Assembly (NCBI GenBank): GCA_051294375.1
Contig: JBJCIZ010000868.1
Coordinates: 1 to 64,000 of the forward strand
DNA from: Paraspadella gotoi
Taxonomy: Eukaryota; Animalia; Chaetognatha
DNA: 64,000 nt
Reading direction: 5' to 3'
The notes under the pieces are model-generated. The model ran no database searches. It was not told where the DNA came from and saw nothing but the letters and a program-made list of their open reading frames with translations. The position numbers and the translations under genes were made by a program. This document shows positions 9,305 to 22,879 of this stretch, one piece after another. The stretch's first letter is position 1. Each line of letters opens with the position of its first letter.

Positions 9305-12300
9305 ACCTTTTTTGAAATGAGGGAGATATTGGCTAAAGCCCATCCTTTTCTCTTTCCTTCATTTTAGTTCGTTAGCATCATGAGCTTTAACCAAGTTGCC
9401 AAAATTGTTTCAGACTTTTTCTAAATCAACGTCGTTTCTAAAATGTCCTTTTATCGTGTGGCCTTGTTTTACAATCTTATTTGTGAAAAGTTGAAGGACA
9501 AGCTTCACCGGTGCCCGTAAGTATTTTTTATGAAATTAATTTAAAAAAAATTTTTTAATGAATATAACAAAGGTTTTGTCGTGCACTTATTAAATCGCCT
9601 TGTCCGAAATGTCGTTATCCTGAATGTCATCCTCCATTGAGAAAAGCACGAAACTTTTGGCAAAGTCGGTTGGCAGTGACTTCATAATGTTAAAAAAAAA
9701 AAGCAGTAAGACTTGAAAAAAAAATTACAATTACACAGGTTGGTTTTTTGGCAAATAGAAAAAAAAACGACGTTGGGGAAAAAACAACTCTTTATTTTTT
9801 GTAATGATCAAGAGGACAAAAGTCAATATGGAAGAAGATCTCGTTATCTACTCCTGTCGCGTATCTCTGAAAATACCGCGCCCAGATCGCTCGCCTACAT
9901 CTTGGGAAAAGTTTATAACGCAAGGAAAGGATCCGTAATATGGCCCTTTGGATTTTCAAGAATATCCGCAACCTCCGCCCCTTCGTTGTAGTGAGGTACT
10001 ACCTCGTTTCTTTTGGCGTGTTACGTTGTCTCTGGATCTTGTTCTGTCTTGTTCTTCTTGGTAGAGTGCCAATAGAGCCTTCTCCTCCTTCCAGTTTTGT
10101 AATTGAAAGAACGACGACGGACGACGACGATGACGATTGCCAGTGAAGCTGACGGACCTCACAGGGAAGCGCATTATTAATTTCTTCTAAATAGAAATAG
10201 GGAAAAGAAAAAAATGTTTTTCTGGTTTTTATTCTCAAACACATTTTTTTTTAAAAAAATAAACAAAGAAAAAAAAATATGACGCATTGTTAAGGTGTAA
10301 ATTTTAATATTGTTGCCATTGCGTTGTCGTTGCCGTTTGCTCTTTGAATTAGTGCCCTCGTTGTCGGTCGGACGCAGATCTCAGTGCGCTCGGCGTGTCT
10401 TGTCGAGGTTGTCGTCATGGCTCGTTGTCCCGTGGTCGTCGTCGTCATCCTTTGCCCGTTTTTTGTGATGGAGAAGCCACAAAAAGTCCGTCGATCCGCA
10501 GAACGTGATTGACGCGCTTGAAAAAAAGGTTGATGAAAGTTTTTTTTTAATACAATGTAATGTAAAATTAACTTTTTTTTATTAATGCTGGTCTTGACTT
10601 ATTTGAAATAAAGTTGGCTGAATTGTAAAAAATAAAAATAATTTATGAAATGAAGGGCGACAATTTTGTTATCTTTAGGTTGGGGGGGAGCAAAAAAAGT
10701 TTTTCCTTGGTTTTGTTACTTCATTTATAAACAAAACATATTTCACACCATTTTTTTTATGATTTTATCAGCTGATTTTTTTTTAAATCTTCTTAATCAG
10801 CGACTGTCTGGTGACGCCACGTTCACTCTGTTTACAAGACGAAAAGAACTCAAAAATATCAATATATTATTTTGGCAAGATTTCCAGTTATTGAAGATGA
10901 TTTATTTTTTTTCCTGGTGGTCTTTAGGGTATATCGGGAACGATTGATAAATTGAAAGTCGTTTAAATCTAAGCATTTTGGGGGATGTTGAAACAATATA
11001 AACACGGTCAAGGATATATCATTAAAGATCCTCGTCGAAAAGGCTAAATGGTGGTGGCCCGATTACTTACTTTCTTCAAGGCCTTGGTGCCCTCATGTTT
11101 AACTGTTTGTTTTAGCGATCTAGTCCAACTAGAATCGAGTTGATTATTTCCGTATCAGAACGACGAGGTCAAGATTGTTTTTTATTTTGAAAAATGACAT
11201 CTTACTTATCTTAATGAAAGATTTTATTGAGGAATTCCTTTTCCTATGTTAATAACTTTGATTGATCTCTCGTCTCTCTCTCTCTCTCTTGGTTTGGTTT
11301 TTTCGTTTTGAAGTTTAATTGGTTTAATATAATTTTTTTTAAGGTTTAAGCTTAAATACAGATATTAAAAAAAATGGCCGACTTTGATTCTGCTGACCAA
11401 CCTTATGAAATTTTAAAACGTAATAATATTTTTTTATTTAAAAAAAACTAGTTTTTTTAGTATAATATTAATTCTCTTTTTTTATTTTTTATAGCGAAAC
11501 AATTCAAGGTGGGTACTTTTTTAAGTAAATGAGATATCATTATAGAAGCAGTGAGACTATACACACTAAAACTTTATTCGCAATATATTTGGAAATGGAT
11601 ACTGCAATTTGAAAAATTGGAGAAAAATATTCACATCAAATATATCCCGATGAGATGAGTCTTTTTAACGATCCAATAACTGAATTTTTAAACAGATATG
11701 GTTTCTGGTATTTTTACATGTGGAAAGATCTTAACATGTATTAGAAATACTATTTGATAGGTGAAGGGGGTGAATTTGTCAAGTTGTATCCGCAGAAAGG
11801 CTATCGTTCGGCAACTTGTTCAGCAAACTCTTCAGCTATTTAAATGTTTTATTAAATGGAGGGAAATTGCCCGTTATGTCACGAGCGATTCTTCTCTTAA
11901 TTTAGAGTATTTAATGTCTCCTTATGAAAAGACCTAGAGCACATGTTTCCTTACCAGGCTCGATCTTTCTACCATAGTCGATTTGCTTATTGTGGCGCGG
12001 AGTATTGTTCTGGAGCATTGATTAATTAATTAAAAAAAAACAACTTTTTTTTTTGTCATTAGATATTACTTAAAAAAAACCCCTTGGAAGTTAATAGGAG
12101 GAAAAAAAATAAGAAATAAATTCTTTTGGTTTGTTTAAGGTAATTTATAAATAGCATTTTTTAATTATTTATAATATAAAAATCTTAATGCTTTTTTTAG
12201 AAACATGGATCTTACCTCTATAATGTCGATGTTGAGAACGGGCCGCCATCAAAATTGAATTTTTAGCAAAAGTAGGAAATAATATCGTTTTGATTATGAC

Positions 12301-15300
12301 GAACTCTTTGAGACATTACTTTCAAATACTAACATCGCACTTCATACGTTATTTATGTGGAATTTATCTTCTCGTTGTTTTAAATAAGAGAAATCGGAAA
12401 TTGGTTTGTTCCTCAGGACCTTATCAGTTTAAATATTTGACTGATTCTCTGATTCTTTTCACTTAAATTTAAAAGACTCTATCACTTGGGTTACTATTCA
12501 AAATGAAATGGAAAATAATGAAATGTTTGAATTGATCTTTCTCATGGTTCGCAGATTAGATTATGAAGCTCAGCAAACTACTCTAATCTTTTCTTACACA
12601 ACACAAATTATTCTTACTTTTTTTTGAATATTATAATAGGGCGCTTCCCTGAACAATCAGATTTATGATTTACTCAGTCCTAAGTTTAATCTTGCCCGCT
12701 CTGGATCGATACAATTTTTGAAAAGAAACCTTAAATTTTCTTTTTTCTATTTCTTACCTTCCGTCGATAAATTTGAGTTTAATTAATTCGATCCTCACTT
12801 AATTCTTTCTAAATACCTATCCAAACGTTTTTTCATATTTCCGTCGTTTCTAATGATTTAAGACTGCAAAACATTGTTTTAAAAAAATTTTTTAGGATGG
12901 AGGTCGCTTTAAAAAATACTATCATTTTACTACTTCGATCGCAGCTATTTTGAAAGAATAGACTTCTTGTATACATTTTTTGGACTTTGTCGTAATGGAA
13001 CTGAAATATGGAACGTTTGTGCTTATAAAGTTTTTAAAGATCATCCTGATTTTGCAAACGCGCTGAAAGTTTTGAAAGGAAGGTTCAACTCGGCGCCCTC
13101 ATGCCTTGGGAGAATTAATTATTCTTTATTTGGACCTGGATGAAATGACCCCAACCTTTTTAAAGGTTTTTAAAAGAAATAAAGGACAATAATCGGAATA
13201 TTTATTTCTGGCTTTGACGTTAAAGGAATAAGGCGCTCTATTTCATACACTGTATTTTCTTGAAAAAACTCTCATCTTCATACTTAACAGATTTGCACGA
13301 GATGGAAGCTATCATGTTGCAATTTGGGGCGGATAAAAAAGCTGTGAGAGTAATTAAAAAAAAACATACAGGCACATACACATTCATTTTGTTTTAATAT
13401 TTTTCTTCTTTTTTTATTTTTGCCCCTAAAAAAAGAAGCTTTTTTAAAAACCAGTTATTTTTCCACTTCTATTGCCGAATCACAAGCATTTTGGGACAGA
13501 AAAGCGCCGAACCTCTCATCAATTTGAAACAATTGAAAATCCGATGGCTAGTTCTTGTCAAATGCCTCGACTGTTTTTTTTCCGTTTAAGAATCGATATC
13601 ATCGTTCTTGCGATTGCTTTTACTATCCTCTCTCTCTCTCTCTCTCGGCTCTATTTATTTATTTTATTTGTCCGTGGCGTGTTTTTTTTTTAGTTAAGCT
13701 TCTTTAAAAAAAAGAAAAGAAAAAATGCCTGTTTATGCTAAACATAAACGATTGAAATTATCCCGTTACAATCAAAGCGGTACTGGGCTGTTACCAGATC
13801 TATGGCTAGAAAACTTGCCTATATTTCGTCGGAGAATAGAGCTTTTGGATTCTACTTTAAATCACCTCGTTCGAGGAATAGAAGATAGGTTGGAGCTTGT
13901 AGTGGAGCCGTCTCTAAAAATGCAAAAACTTTACACTCTCTATCTTTAAGTATGCTCCCATAAAAGTGGGAAGTTTTCTTTCCCTACTCCCGAATGGTTG
14001 AAACTATCTCGTTCCGTCATCAAAGTTCAAATGCTTTGCACGATAATTTGCGTTTTATCACTGCATCCGGCTAAACTCTTTCCGTCAAACATAACCCTAA
14101 TCGACCTTTGCTTACCGTCATCATTTAGATCGAATAAATATCGAGGGTTTGATATTTTCCCTTGACGGTGAGAGATTGAAACAAATTGGAAAAGCTGAAT
14201 CCTTTTTTGGCAGTTAACATTTTCTCCATCGACGACGAACGAAGACGGAACAAATTTAATTGCTCAAGATTGTTTTATTGTCGGAAATTGGTCTCAACCC
14301 CTCACAGGTCAAAAGTTGGTTTAAAAAAATCACAAAGTCGCTTGTTATCAATCTGGTCTCTCCTCAGACCGTGGAAATGCCTAAACCGGGCTCAATCAAG
14401 CGATTTAATTGTTACAAGGCGTTTTATAAGCAACCTTTTTTAATAACCTTTGATTACAGAAACCGTTCAAGAGAACGTTTTGCTCATTGAGAAGGAAGAA
14501 GAGATTCAACTGGAGACTTCAGTTCCTAGAATTTTTGATTGGGTCAAGACTAAAACCGAGTTGATTCATACAGAGAAAATGTTGCTCTTGCACCAGCCAT
14601 TGGTCCCTTGTTCTCGCTTGAAGCCAAAAATCGGGAGTTAGTTCTAACCTATCTCTCTCATTAACTGGGCCTATGAGAGATCAGACCCCTTTACAACAAG
14701 TTGCCTTCTACAGATTCGAGGCAAACCGGGAGGGGAGATAATATTTTGAATCTTATTTAAAAAAGTTTACAGTTTGACTTAAGTTGATTGTCGGGGATAA
14801 TGAAACCAAAATTTTCCTTTTTACATGTCCCCTCTGGATTTCATATCTCACGAAGAAGCGACGAGTGTTACGCCTGTAAAATAACATTTAATCACAAAAG
14901 ACCCATACTTTTGCAAGACCACGGATCATAATCACTTAGTGAATCCTTCCTCTTGACCGGTTCGCGGCCTATATCTAATTACAACGGAGTGGCCTGTTCG
15001 CGTTGTAATCTCGCCATGAAGCCGCCGCCTTACATCCCAATATTTACTCACAATGCCCCAAAATTTGTGAATAAACTCAAATAATTATGCAATGCCTGGC
15101 CACTTCCAGAGGTAAAGACTATGTTCGAAAAGTGTATAGAGTCATAGCTAAAGGCCCTGAAAAATATACTTGTTTAGAAACTCAGCTTTTATTGTACGCC
15201 CTGTGTAATGAAGAAGAAGAAGAAGAAAGAACTTGGGAGAACGGACCGCCGAAGAGGATTGTGATTGTCGATCGATGAAGAGGTTGAGATTTTTGGAACT

Positions 15301-17963
15301 CGTTGTCATTCTCTTGCGTCTCTCTCGACAAATTACTGACGGATCTTAAATCTGCATGTGGTTATGGTTGCGGGGGCTTGCAGGGGCGGCAATAAAAACT
15401 CCTAAATGTTCTCAGGAATGTGTTTCAAAAAAGGATTCAAGAACGTCTTTAGATCCACTTACAGATACTTAAAAAATAAGTTGGGCGACTTGTCGATTCT
15501 CATTTTTTTGACATTATCAGTAAATTGGGCCTTTCCTATTCTTGGCCTCACTCTGGAAAGATTAGAAGACACTTCTTTCCCCTTTTAGCGCTTTTAAAGA
15601 TTCTTTCACTGGTCGATCGATAGATCGAAAAGGATTATGAAAAAGTTTATTAGGAAAAACAAGTTTTGGTTTGACAACAATTTATTTGACACAATTTTAG
15701 TCAACACTGATGAAGGCTTCAAATGAAAGAGCCGAAACATGCGAAGAGGCCAGGGCCTCTCGGCGCGGCGGCGGCGGCCGGGCGGAAAATGCGAGGCCAG
15801 GGCCTCTCGGCGGAGGCGGCGGCAGCAGCGGCGGCCGGCGGAATGCGAGGCCAGGGCCTCTCGGCGGCGAAGCGGCGGCGGCGGCGGCGGCGCGGGGGGA
15901 CGACGACGACGACGATGATGAAACTGGTGAGGAGGAAAAAGAACGGGAATGGTCGACGGGCATTTTTCGTCAAGAAGAGGGCCAAGGGCGTGGCCCGGTC
16001 GACGGTGAACCGGGAGGATAACGTTCAAGGATTACCTCAAGACGCTCTTCGAGAAAAAGCCCATGACTCACGAATCGAGCTCGATAAAGAGGCCTTTGAT
16101 TTAAACTAATACATTTATTATGCGAACAAGCTCTCCTCAGCAGTTTCGATACTAAGCGCGGTTCCTACTGAAAAACTCGATCGATACTGCCCTTCGGTTA
16201 TCTGGGACCGACCGTCGGGAACGACGACGAACGACGACGACGACCCCTTGAGTTCGTTTTTGTTTTTTTGTTTTCGTTTCGGTTCTCCTTCTCCTCTTTC
16301 TTTTTTTTTTGGGTCAAATTTTTTTTGGAAGAGATGATGATAATAAAAATTTTTTTGAAGCTTTTCTATATAAATTTGTTTTTTTTTTTGTGGCTCGCCG
16401 GACGAGAGAGAGAGAGAGAGACGGTTAGCGAGCTGCTAGCGAGCGAGCGAGCGAGCAAGCTCGATAAAGATAAAGAAAAAGAAGGAACATTTGTTTTTAT
16501 TTACACCAAATTTATTTTCTCAAAAAAAAATAAAAACGAACGAAGGAAAGAAAAGGCAAAAGCAATCGCACGCACAAAAAAAAAGAGAGAGACGACGACG
16601 ACGATGATGATAGCAATTTTTTTTTTCCCTTTCACTAAGATTCCCTCTCGAGGATCCTCCGAGGTTCGACGGGGGGAGAGAGAAGGGGGTGCTGGCGGAG
16701 AAAAGACGATGGGCCTCTGGATCGTAAACGAGGGTTATTTTCAGTTGATCCTTGACACATTTCCGCGGCATCGGCGTCGAAATACCAGAAATTTTTGACG
16801 GCGTCGATCGCTCGATCAAGATCCGAGATATTTTTCAGTAAAAAGACTATTTCGAGAGTCGGGGAGGCGCACAGTTCTACTCCAGGTCTTCCATCTTGTT
16901 CTTCAATTCCGACACTCTTCAAAGTTGAGACTCACCCCCGCCATCCCTTTACGAAACAGAGGACCTTCGTTTCGATTCCCGTGGGAGCGTCGACGACGGT
17001 GCGCCAAAAGTGACGTCTGATGGCGAGGGTGATGTATTGGGCTTGTGAAGCGACAGTTGAGAGCGTTCGGGAATCGTAATGCCTTGGCTAATCTTCTCGA
17101 CCATGCCGCAAGCCCTGGAGACGATGTCCGGGAGTAACTCGCGAAGGGAGAGGAATTCGGATATAGTTGAGCCCGACTTTTTGTAAGCCCCCGCTTAAAG
17201 GAACTCTTAACGAAGACCGACGAGAGTCTCGTCGTCTCCGGCTCCAAGAGAACTCTCTGCATTTTTCTCTATCTTTACGTGAGTGAAGGGAAAAAGATAA
17301 TGATTGACTCCGCCCATGGCGCGCGAGAGAGCGAGAAGGAGAGGAATTTATTTTATTTTATTTTATTTATTTTCCTCTGTTCTTTTTCCTAAAATTTTAT
17401 TTAATGGAAATGAGGAAGGGTGGAAACGAAGCCCGGCTTTTATAGAGGACTGGCATTGAAAAACCATCCGCCTCCTCCGGCGCCCCCGCTTCTGGAGGGG
17501 GGAGGGGGGAAAAAAATGAGGCAAGTAGTAGTAAGAAGGGCCGGGATAGGGCCGCCCCACCGGGAGGGGGGGAGGAGGAGGTATTATTTCCTCCCTTAAC
17601 CTTCGAATCTTCTCCTTGTTTCCGGCCTTTGATAGGGGGGGGAAGAGGGTTGAGGAGTGACCGTTGCAGAAGAGTTTGTTTTCTTTCTCGGTCGAGAAGG
17701 CTTTCTTTTTTGCTCTTTAATGGGGAAGTACTCTCTCCTCCCAGTTCTCTTCAAATTCTTCTTCTTCTTCTCCTTCTTCTCCTTCTCCAACCACTCTTCG
17801 ATCCCCCTTAAAACTAAAATGGCAAAAATAGTTTTTTTTTTTGGTTTCCTCTTCTCTTACCACCCTTCTCCCCCCAAACTCCCGCTTTCCTCACCCTCCT
17901 TCTCTAACTCCAGGAGAAACGCGCGGCAAGTATCGCAATATTATTCCTTGATTGAGAGGGCAC
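9305..17963 (+). repeat. Indel-rich tandem copy of 802-9252 (likely assembly artefact or allele)
   Basis: Colinear with copy 1. It has dense 1-nt indels, worst near 9.3-11 kb, and a ~50-nt purine-rich filler at 9253-9304. Confidence 0.93.
13725..16251 (+). pseudogene. polB: Second copy of the deleted pPolB
   Basis: Same motifs and same deletion junction as 5050-7539, with many frameshifts. The hammerhead core is at ~15707-15740. Confidence 0.85.
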
Positions 17964-18330
17964 TTTCGCCTTTTTTCGTTTTTGAGAGAGGTTGAGGGGG
18001 GGAAGGAGGAGGAGGAGGAGGAAGGAGGAGAGCCGCCGATAAAGTGTCGTCGTCGTCTCTTTGTTGTTGTTTTGTTGTTGTTGTTGTTGAGCGTCCTATT
18101 ATAGCCTCAACTATCTCATCGAGAGCTTTGCGTCGATACATTTGAAGTTTTGTTTTTCGTTTTCAGACCGCATCGTTCTTTCGAAGGGAAAGCTCGAGGC
18201 TGTTAGCCCGGATGTTGACTTTTTTTTATCGAGCCTTGACCGGCGAAGCCGGGTCAGGTCTATAATGTTTTAGGGTTGCTTCTTTGGACGTAGTCGTCGT
18301 CGTCGTCGTCGTCCGTCACGACTGTTTTCA
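17440..18330 (-). pseudogene. Low-complexity acidic/basic Pro-rich protein, probably spliced; its 3' part is also at 8729-9252
   Basis: MYRRKALDEIVEAIIG..IKE*YCDTCRAFLLELEKEG, then a GTAAGA..TTTAAG intron, then E-rich, KRKPSRPRKK and PSYYYLPHFFPP segments. Confidence 0.45.
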
Positions 18331-18479
18331 TATATAAAAACTACTACGCTTTTATAGTGTTGGCTGTGACTACACGTTTTTTTTTAAATAAAAATTATTA
18401 TGAATTATGATAAAGTTTTACAAAAGTGTGGCGATCATATGTAAGTTAAATTTAGATATGGCTTTTCATCTTGAAATAG

Positions 18480-19200
18480 CTGTGATATTTTCATATTACA
18501 TTTGGATTTAAGTATTTTTTGTTTGAATTTCCACTTCATTATGATTTACTGCAATATGCAAATGAGATTAAAGTACTCCTTATAATATCCAAATTAGTAT
18601 ATAGAAATGCTTTAATCTAATTTACATATTGGCAGTATATAATATTGAAGATGAAAATTCAAAAAAAATTTGTTTTAAATTTTTAATAAAAATGGGAACT
18701 CAAAAGGATTTTTTTAATGAGAAGCTATATCTTAATTTTAATACAAATATAAATTAAATCTTTTACAAGCTGCGATTGGAAAAAATTGGAAAAATTTCCA
18801 ATTGTAAACAATTGTAACATATTTTTGCCTTTCTTTTATTTCTTTAATTATATATAGATTTTCTTTACTATATTTGTCAGTTTCTGCTTTTTCTGAACCC
18901 TTAAAAACGAGTTCAGTTCGTCTGCAGTGACTGTTCAGCTGGCTTCCAGCTTTCTCTTTCTTTCTGTCTCTTTGTCTCCTTTTCTCTCTTTCTGTCTCTC
19001 TTTCTTTCTCTCTTTCTCTCTCTTCTGGTCTTTCTGTCTCTCCTCACTCTGTACGATCGTTCGTTTTTTGAAAAATTCTGATTATTTTTCCTTCCTCAAA
19101 ACTTTTATTATCGCCATTTATCCGCGCTTTTTTTTTCAATACAAAATCCCAAATTTATATCTGAGATATAATTGGAAAGAAATTCGGTTTTCTTTTTCTT

Positions 19201-19232
<32 letters not shown>

Positions 19233-19673
19233 TCTTATTATTTTTTTAAAAAAAATGAAGAATAACTTATAATGATATGCATTATCACATAATAAATCAG
19301 CTAATGTGACTATTATATATGCAGCACTTCGCCGAATAATATAAATTGCATGCATCACATTATAAAAAAAAAAATTTTGTTTTATTTAATTATTGCAACT
19401 TTGGACCGGTTGGCCCACTATTGGCAAATTCTATCTAAAATAGGAGTTGATAAGAGAGATATAGTCAAATTAAACATTACTTTTTTGTTATTCTGATAAT
19501 TTGTACTATTATTAAATTTATAAATATTTTTAGTGTATATATTTAATCATTTTTAACTTTTTTTTAAATAATAATTATTTGAGTTGTGGATAACTATTTA
19601 TAATTAATTAAATATGCAAATATTAAATTTGACCTCGGTCTGGTTTCTTCCTAAAAAAGAACAATCTTTTTTC

Positions 19674-19715
<42 letters not shown>

Positions 19716-20030
19716 CTCTTTTTTTTTTCCTTCTAAAAACTTTTATTATCCCATTTATTATTTTATCTCAATACAAAATCCCAAAATACAATAACTTACT
19801 TAAACCTAATTTCTGGTCGTTGCGGAGCACAACAAGTAAACATGTCGAGGAACATGACATAATAACGGCGTTACGTGTATAAAAAAAAAATCACATAGAC
19901 TATTTACACGACGCCGTTGCGAGGCAAGGATAACCGATATAAACGAGAGTGACCTAATAATGCGTCTCGTTGGTGGGAAAACATCTCTCTCTTCTCTCTT
20001 TCTCACTCTCCCCCCTCTTTCTTTCTCTCT

Positions 20031-20067
<37 letters not shown>

Positions 20068-20642
20068 TTTTTTTCCTTCTAAAAAACTTTATTATGCGGC
20101 CATTTTATATTCCGCGCTTTTTTTCTCAATACAAAATCCACAAATTTACATCCGAGATTTTCGTGGGATTTTTTTTCTAAAAATTCTGATTATTTCTTTA
20201 TATAAACGAGAGAGACCTAATAATGCGTTTCGTTGGCGGGAAAACTGTCCAGCCTCTCTCTCTCCTCTCTCTCTCTCATCCGTCTCTCTCTCTCTCTCTT
20301 TCACTCATACACGCATTTTTTGTTTATTTAACGATGAATGATTCAGCGCGTCAATGAATCACTATCATCGCATAATGAATGACTATCATCGTATCAATGA
20401 ATGATTATCATTCATATCAATGAATGACTATCATCGCATCAATCATTTGAATTATCATCACATCAGTCATTTTGTATCGATCGCATCAATTATTGGGTTA
20501 TCATCCGCGTCAATATTTGGGTTATCATCGCATCAATATTTGGTTATCCATCGCATCATATTATGGTTAACATCGAAAGNNNNNNNNNNNNNNNNNNNNN
20601 NNNNCGAAAGCGGCTCGATCTTTATGCTTTTAAGATTTTTTC
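18480..20642 (+). repeat. Left arm of a large modular inverted repeat (foldback-like element or copy of a repeat family)
   Basis: Reverse complement of blocks in 27124-30672, e.g. 18721-18830 vs 30553-30664 and 20605-20642 vs 27124-27160. Contains (CT)n tracts and ~21-bp ATCATCGCATCAAT repeats. Confidence 0.85.
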
Positions 20643-20761
20643 TTTTTCCCTTTCCCACCATTCTCTTCTTTCTTCTTTTCCTCACTACTCCCAAAGAAGA
20701 GTGAGCCGGTTTCGATCGTCGCATTTTCCTCATTTCGATTCTGGGACTTTTTTTTTTCCGA

Positions 20762-21290
20762 TCAAATGTCTTGATTTAATATCGCTAGAAGATCCCAACT
20801 ATTTTCAGGAGCGGAGGAAAATTTGCCCAAAGAGGAAATGGCTCTCGCTAGAGTGAAGTCGTTTATATAGGAGTCGGCAGCGTGATTGTAAAGACTTAAA
20901 AGAATTTGCAAAGGCTCTCGACCGCGAGATAAATGTATGCAAAACCAAACTTGATAAGCCCCGCACACGTTAGTCATTTCGTCTTGCAACGCTATGTCGT
21001 TGTAATAAACCGTTTTGTTTTTTTTTAATTGTTTCCAGATGGCTAGACTTAATCGAGGGTGAGGAATAGCAGTCAGACCGTAAGAATCAAATATCAAAAT
21101 GTAAGTCGAAGTAGTATTTTCAAAATACTAGTTGACTATGAAAAATATCTGAAAGAAGCGAAACTTAGCAAAAAATCCCCTTGCTATGAAGACCCCGCTC
21201 CAAACCCAAGACCTGGAAGAAATCGTCGGGAACAACCTGGAATCGCTGAACGCGATTCTAACCCGCCTAGAAGAGTTAGAATCCATCGTG
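20762..21290 (-). pseudogene. Adenain-like (C5 family) cysteine protease of Polinton type
   Basis: GVF..FFIVN*YFENTTSTYILIFDSYG..YYNDIALQDEMTNVCGAY in one frame. The His-Trp segment is absent. Confidence 0.82.
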
Positions 21291-21399
21291 GCGGCGATCG
21301 ACCAAAGAGGACCGCCGAGAAGAGCTTTGGGCCTCAGAGAACCGCCCAACCACGACGAGAGGGCGATCGTTGCCTTCCCGCGCCGCCACCTCTTCTGAT

Positions 21400-21537
21400 C
21401 GGCGACGCCCACTTCCGGTGACGCCAATTCCCGGCAACGCCCTCTTCCGGTGACGCCAACCCCCACTTCCGGTGACGCCAATTCTCGGCAACGCCCACTT
21501 CCAGTGACGCCAATCCCCCATTTCCGGTGACGCCGAG
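21400..21537. repeat. Tandem array of CACTTCCGGTGACGCC units (putative right subterminal array)
   Basis: Five (C)TTCC(G/A)GTGACGCC cores interleaved with CGCCAATTCYCGGCAA. Confidence 0.88.
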
Positions 21538-22879
21538 TTTCGTAGTAAGAAGAAAATGAGGATGCTAAAGCGGCTCGCAAAAAAATCAATAAAAACAAAG
21601 AAAAAGTAACAACCCAACTCAACTAATTGCATGACAATATCATCGCCAAGTAGCTCTTTGTCCCTTTTGTCCTTTGTCTTTTATGTCCTTTTGTCTGTTA
21701 GCTTTGTACTGCTTATACAATTTTGTCATCTCTGCAACATCATCAATATAAACAAACAATAAACTCTAATCACCCTATCACATCATCGCCACCTGCAATG
21801 AAAATTTGTCATCTTGCTTCTATTACTACTATTGTTAGCGTTACTGTTATATGCTATTATTAATTACTGTTATTAATTGAAACATTCTTTGAAATATTAT
21901 ACCACTTCATTGATAGGGAAGCCAGGTTCACTGGGAGTGAATAAATAAGACTGTGAGAGAGTCTTGATTGAAAGCTTGCAGAAACCTGCTATGTTATTAT
22001 CTTGTAAGTGTGATGGAGGCCTTAAACCACCAAAGCCTGTCCAAAGTCAGGGACATGATAGCTTATTTATTAAATGAATGGATAATTTTTATATTGCTTG
22101 TACCAATTTCATGCATATATTTTCTTTTTTTTCAACCTACCATTGTTCCCCCCTCCCTCTCCCGGACACCTTCTCTCACTCTCCCCTCTCTCCATCACTC
22201 ACACTCTCAGCACAGTTAGGCATTCTCACTACGCACCAGCACGATGACGTCTCACGCCATTCAAGGCCCGAGACGCCATCTTGACGCAAATGAGGAGCCC
22301 AGAATCGAAGGCCGGTAGACTACGCGGGTCTACAGCTCCTCTTCTCTCTCTTTTTCTCCTCCCTCATCATCCTCCTCACGGGGATTCGGGGTCGCGTTCA
22401 AGTTTAGGTGCAGTCTCCTCTCTCTCTCAGACTCTTTCTCTCTCCCCTTTTTTTGGACCTTTTTATATTTTCGGATAGAGTATAGAACCCAGTTATGAAA
22501 TATACTTATTCACCTCCCATTCCCTTCGGTTTCTTCTAGACGTGAGATTTAGTTAGGCCCACAGCCCTCCAGTTAGAGAATGAAAATGGTTATTCAAGAT
22601 CAGAGTTGTTGGGCTAAATCTCCACTTTCTATTCTCCATAGCCAGGCCTCTTGGGCGAGCAAGGCCTAAGCGCTCGCTTGTCACAGGGATGGCTGAACCC
22701 ATTCAAAAGCATGCAAGTTGGGCAACACAAATTTTTTTGGTGGTTATCCATAAGAAATGTATTATTTTCTTTCTCCCAATCTCTCTCTCTCTTCACAATT
22801 GACCATTTCACCTCTTTTCAAAACTAAATTCAATCTGCATTGGAAACTTTTCCCCCTCTCTCTCTCTCTCCCCGTCACA

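Larger units (their letters stand above)
87..21537. mobile_element. Decayed Polinton/Maverick-like (adintovirus-like) element, with an internal tandem duplication and a nested repeat insertion
   Basis: pPolB motifs (5050-7539) and an adenain-like protease (20762-21290). Tandem repeat arrays at both ends share an inverted core. No integrase, capsid or ATPase recognised. Boundaries are inferred. Confidence 0.7.

Noticed and set aside
18927-20704. L/S/F-rich and R/E-rich ORFs (also 27396-30075)
   Set aside because: They are translations of (CT)n/(GA)n microsatellites and tandem repeats.
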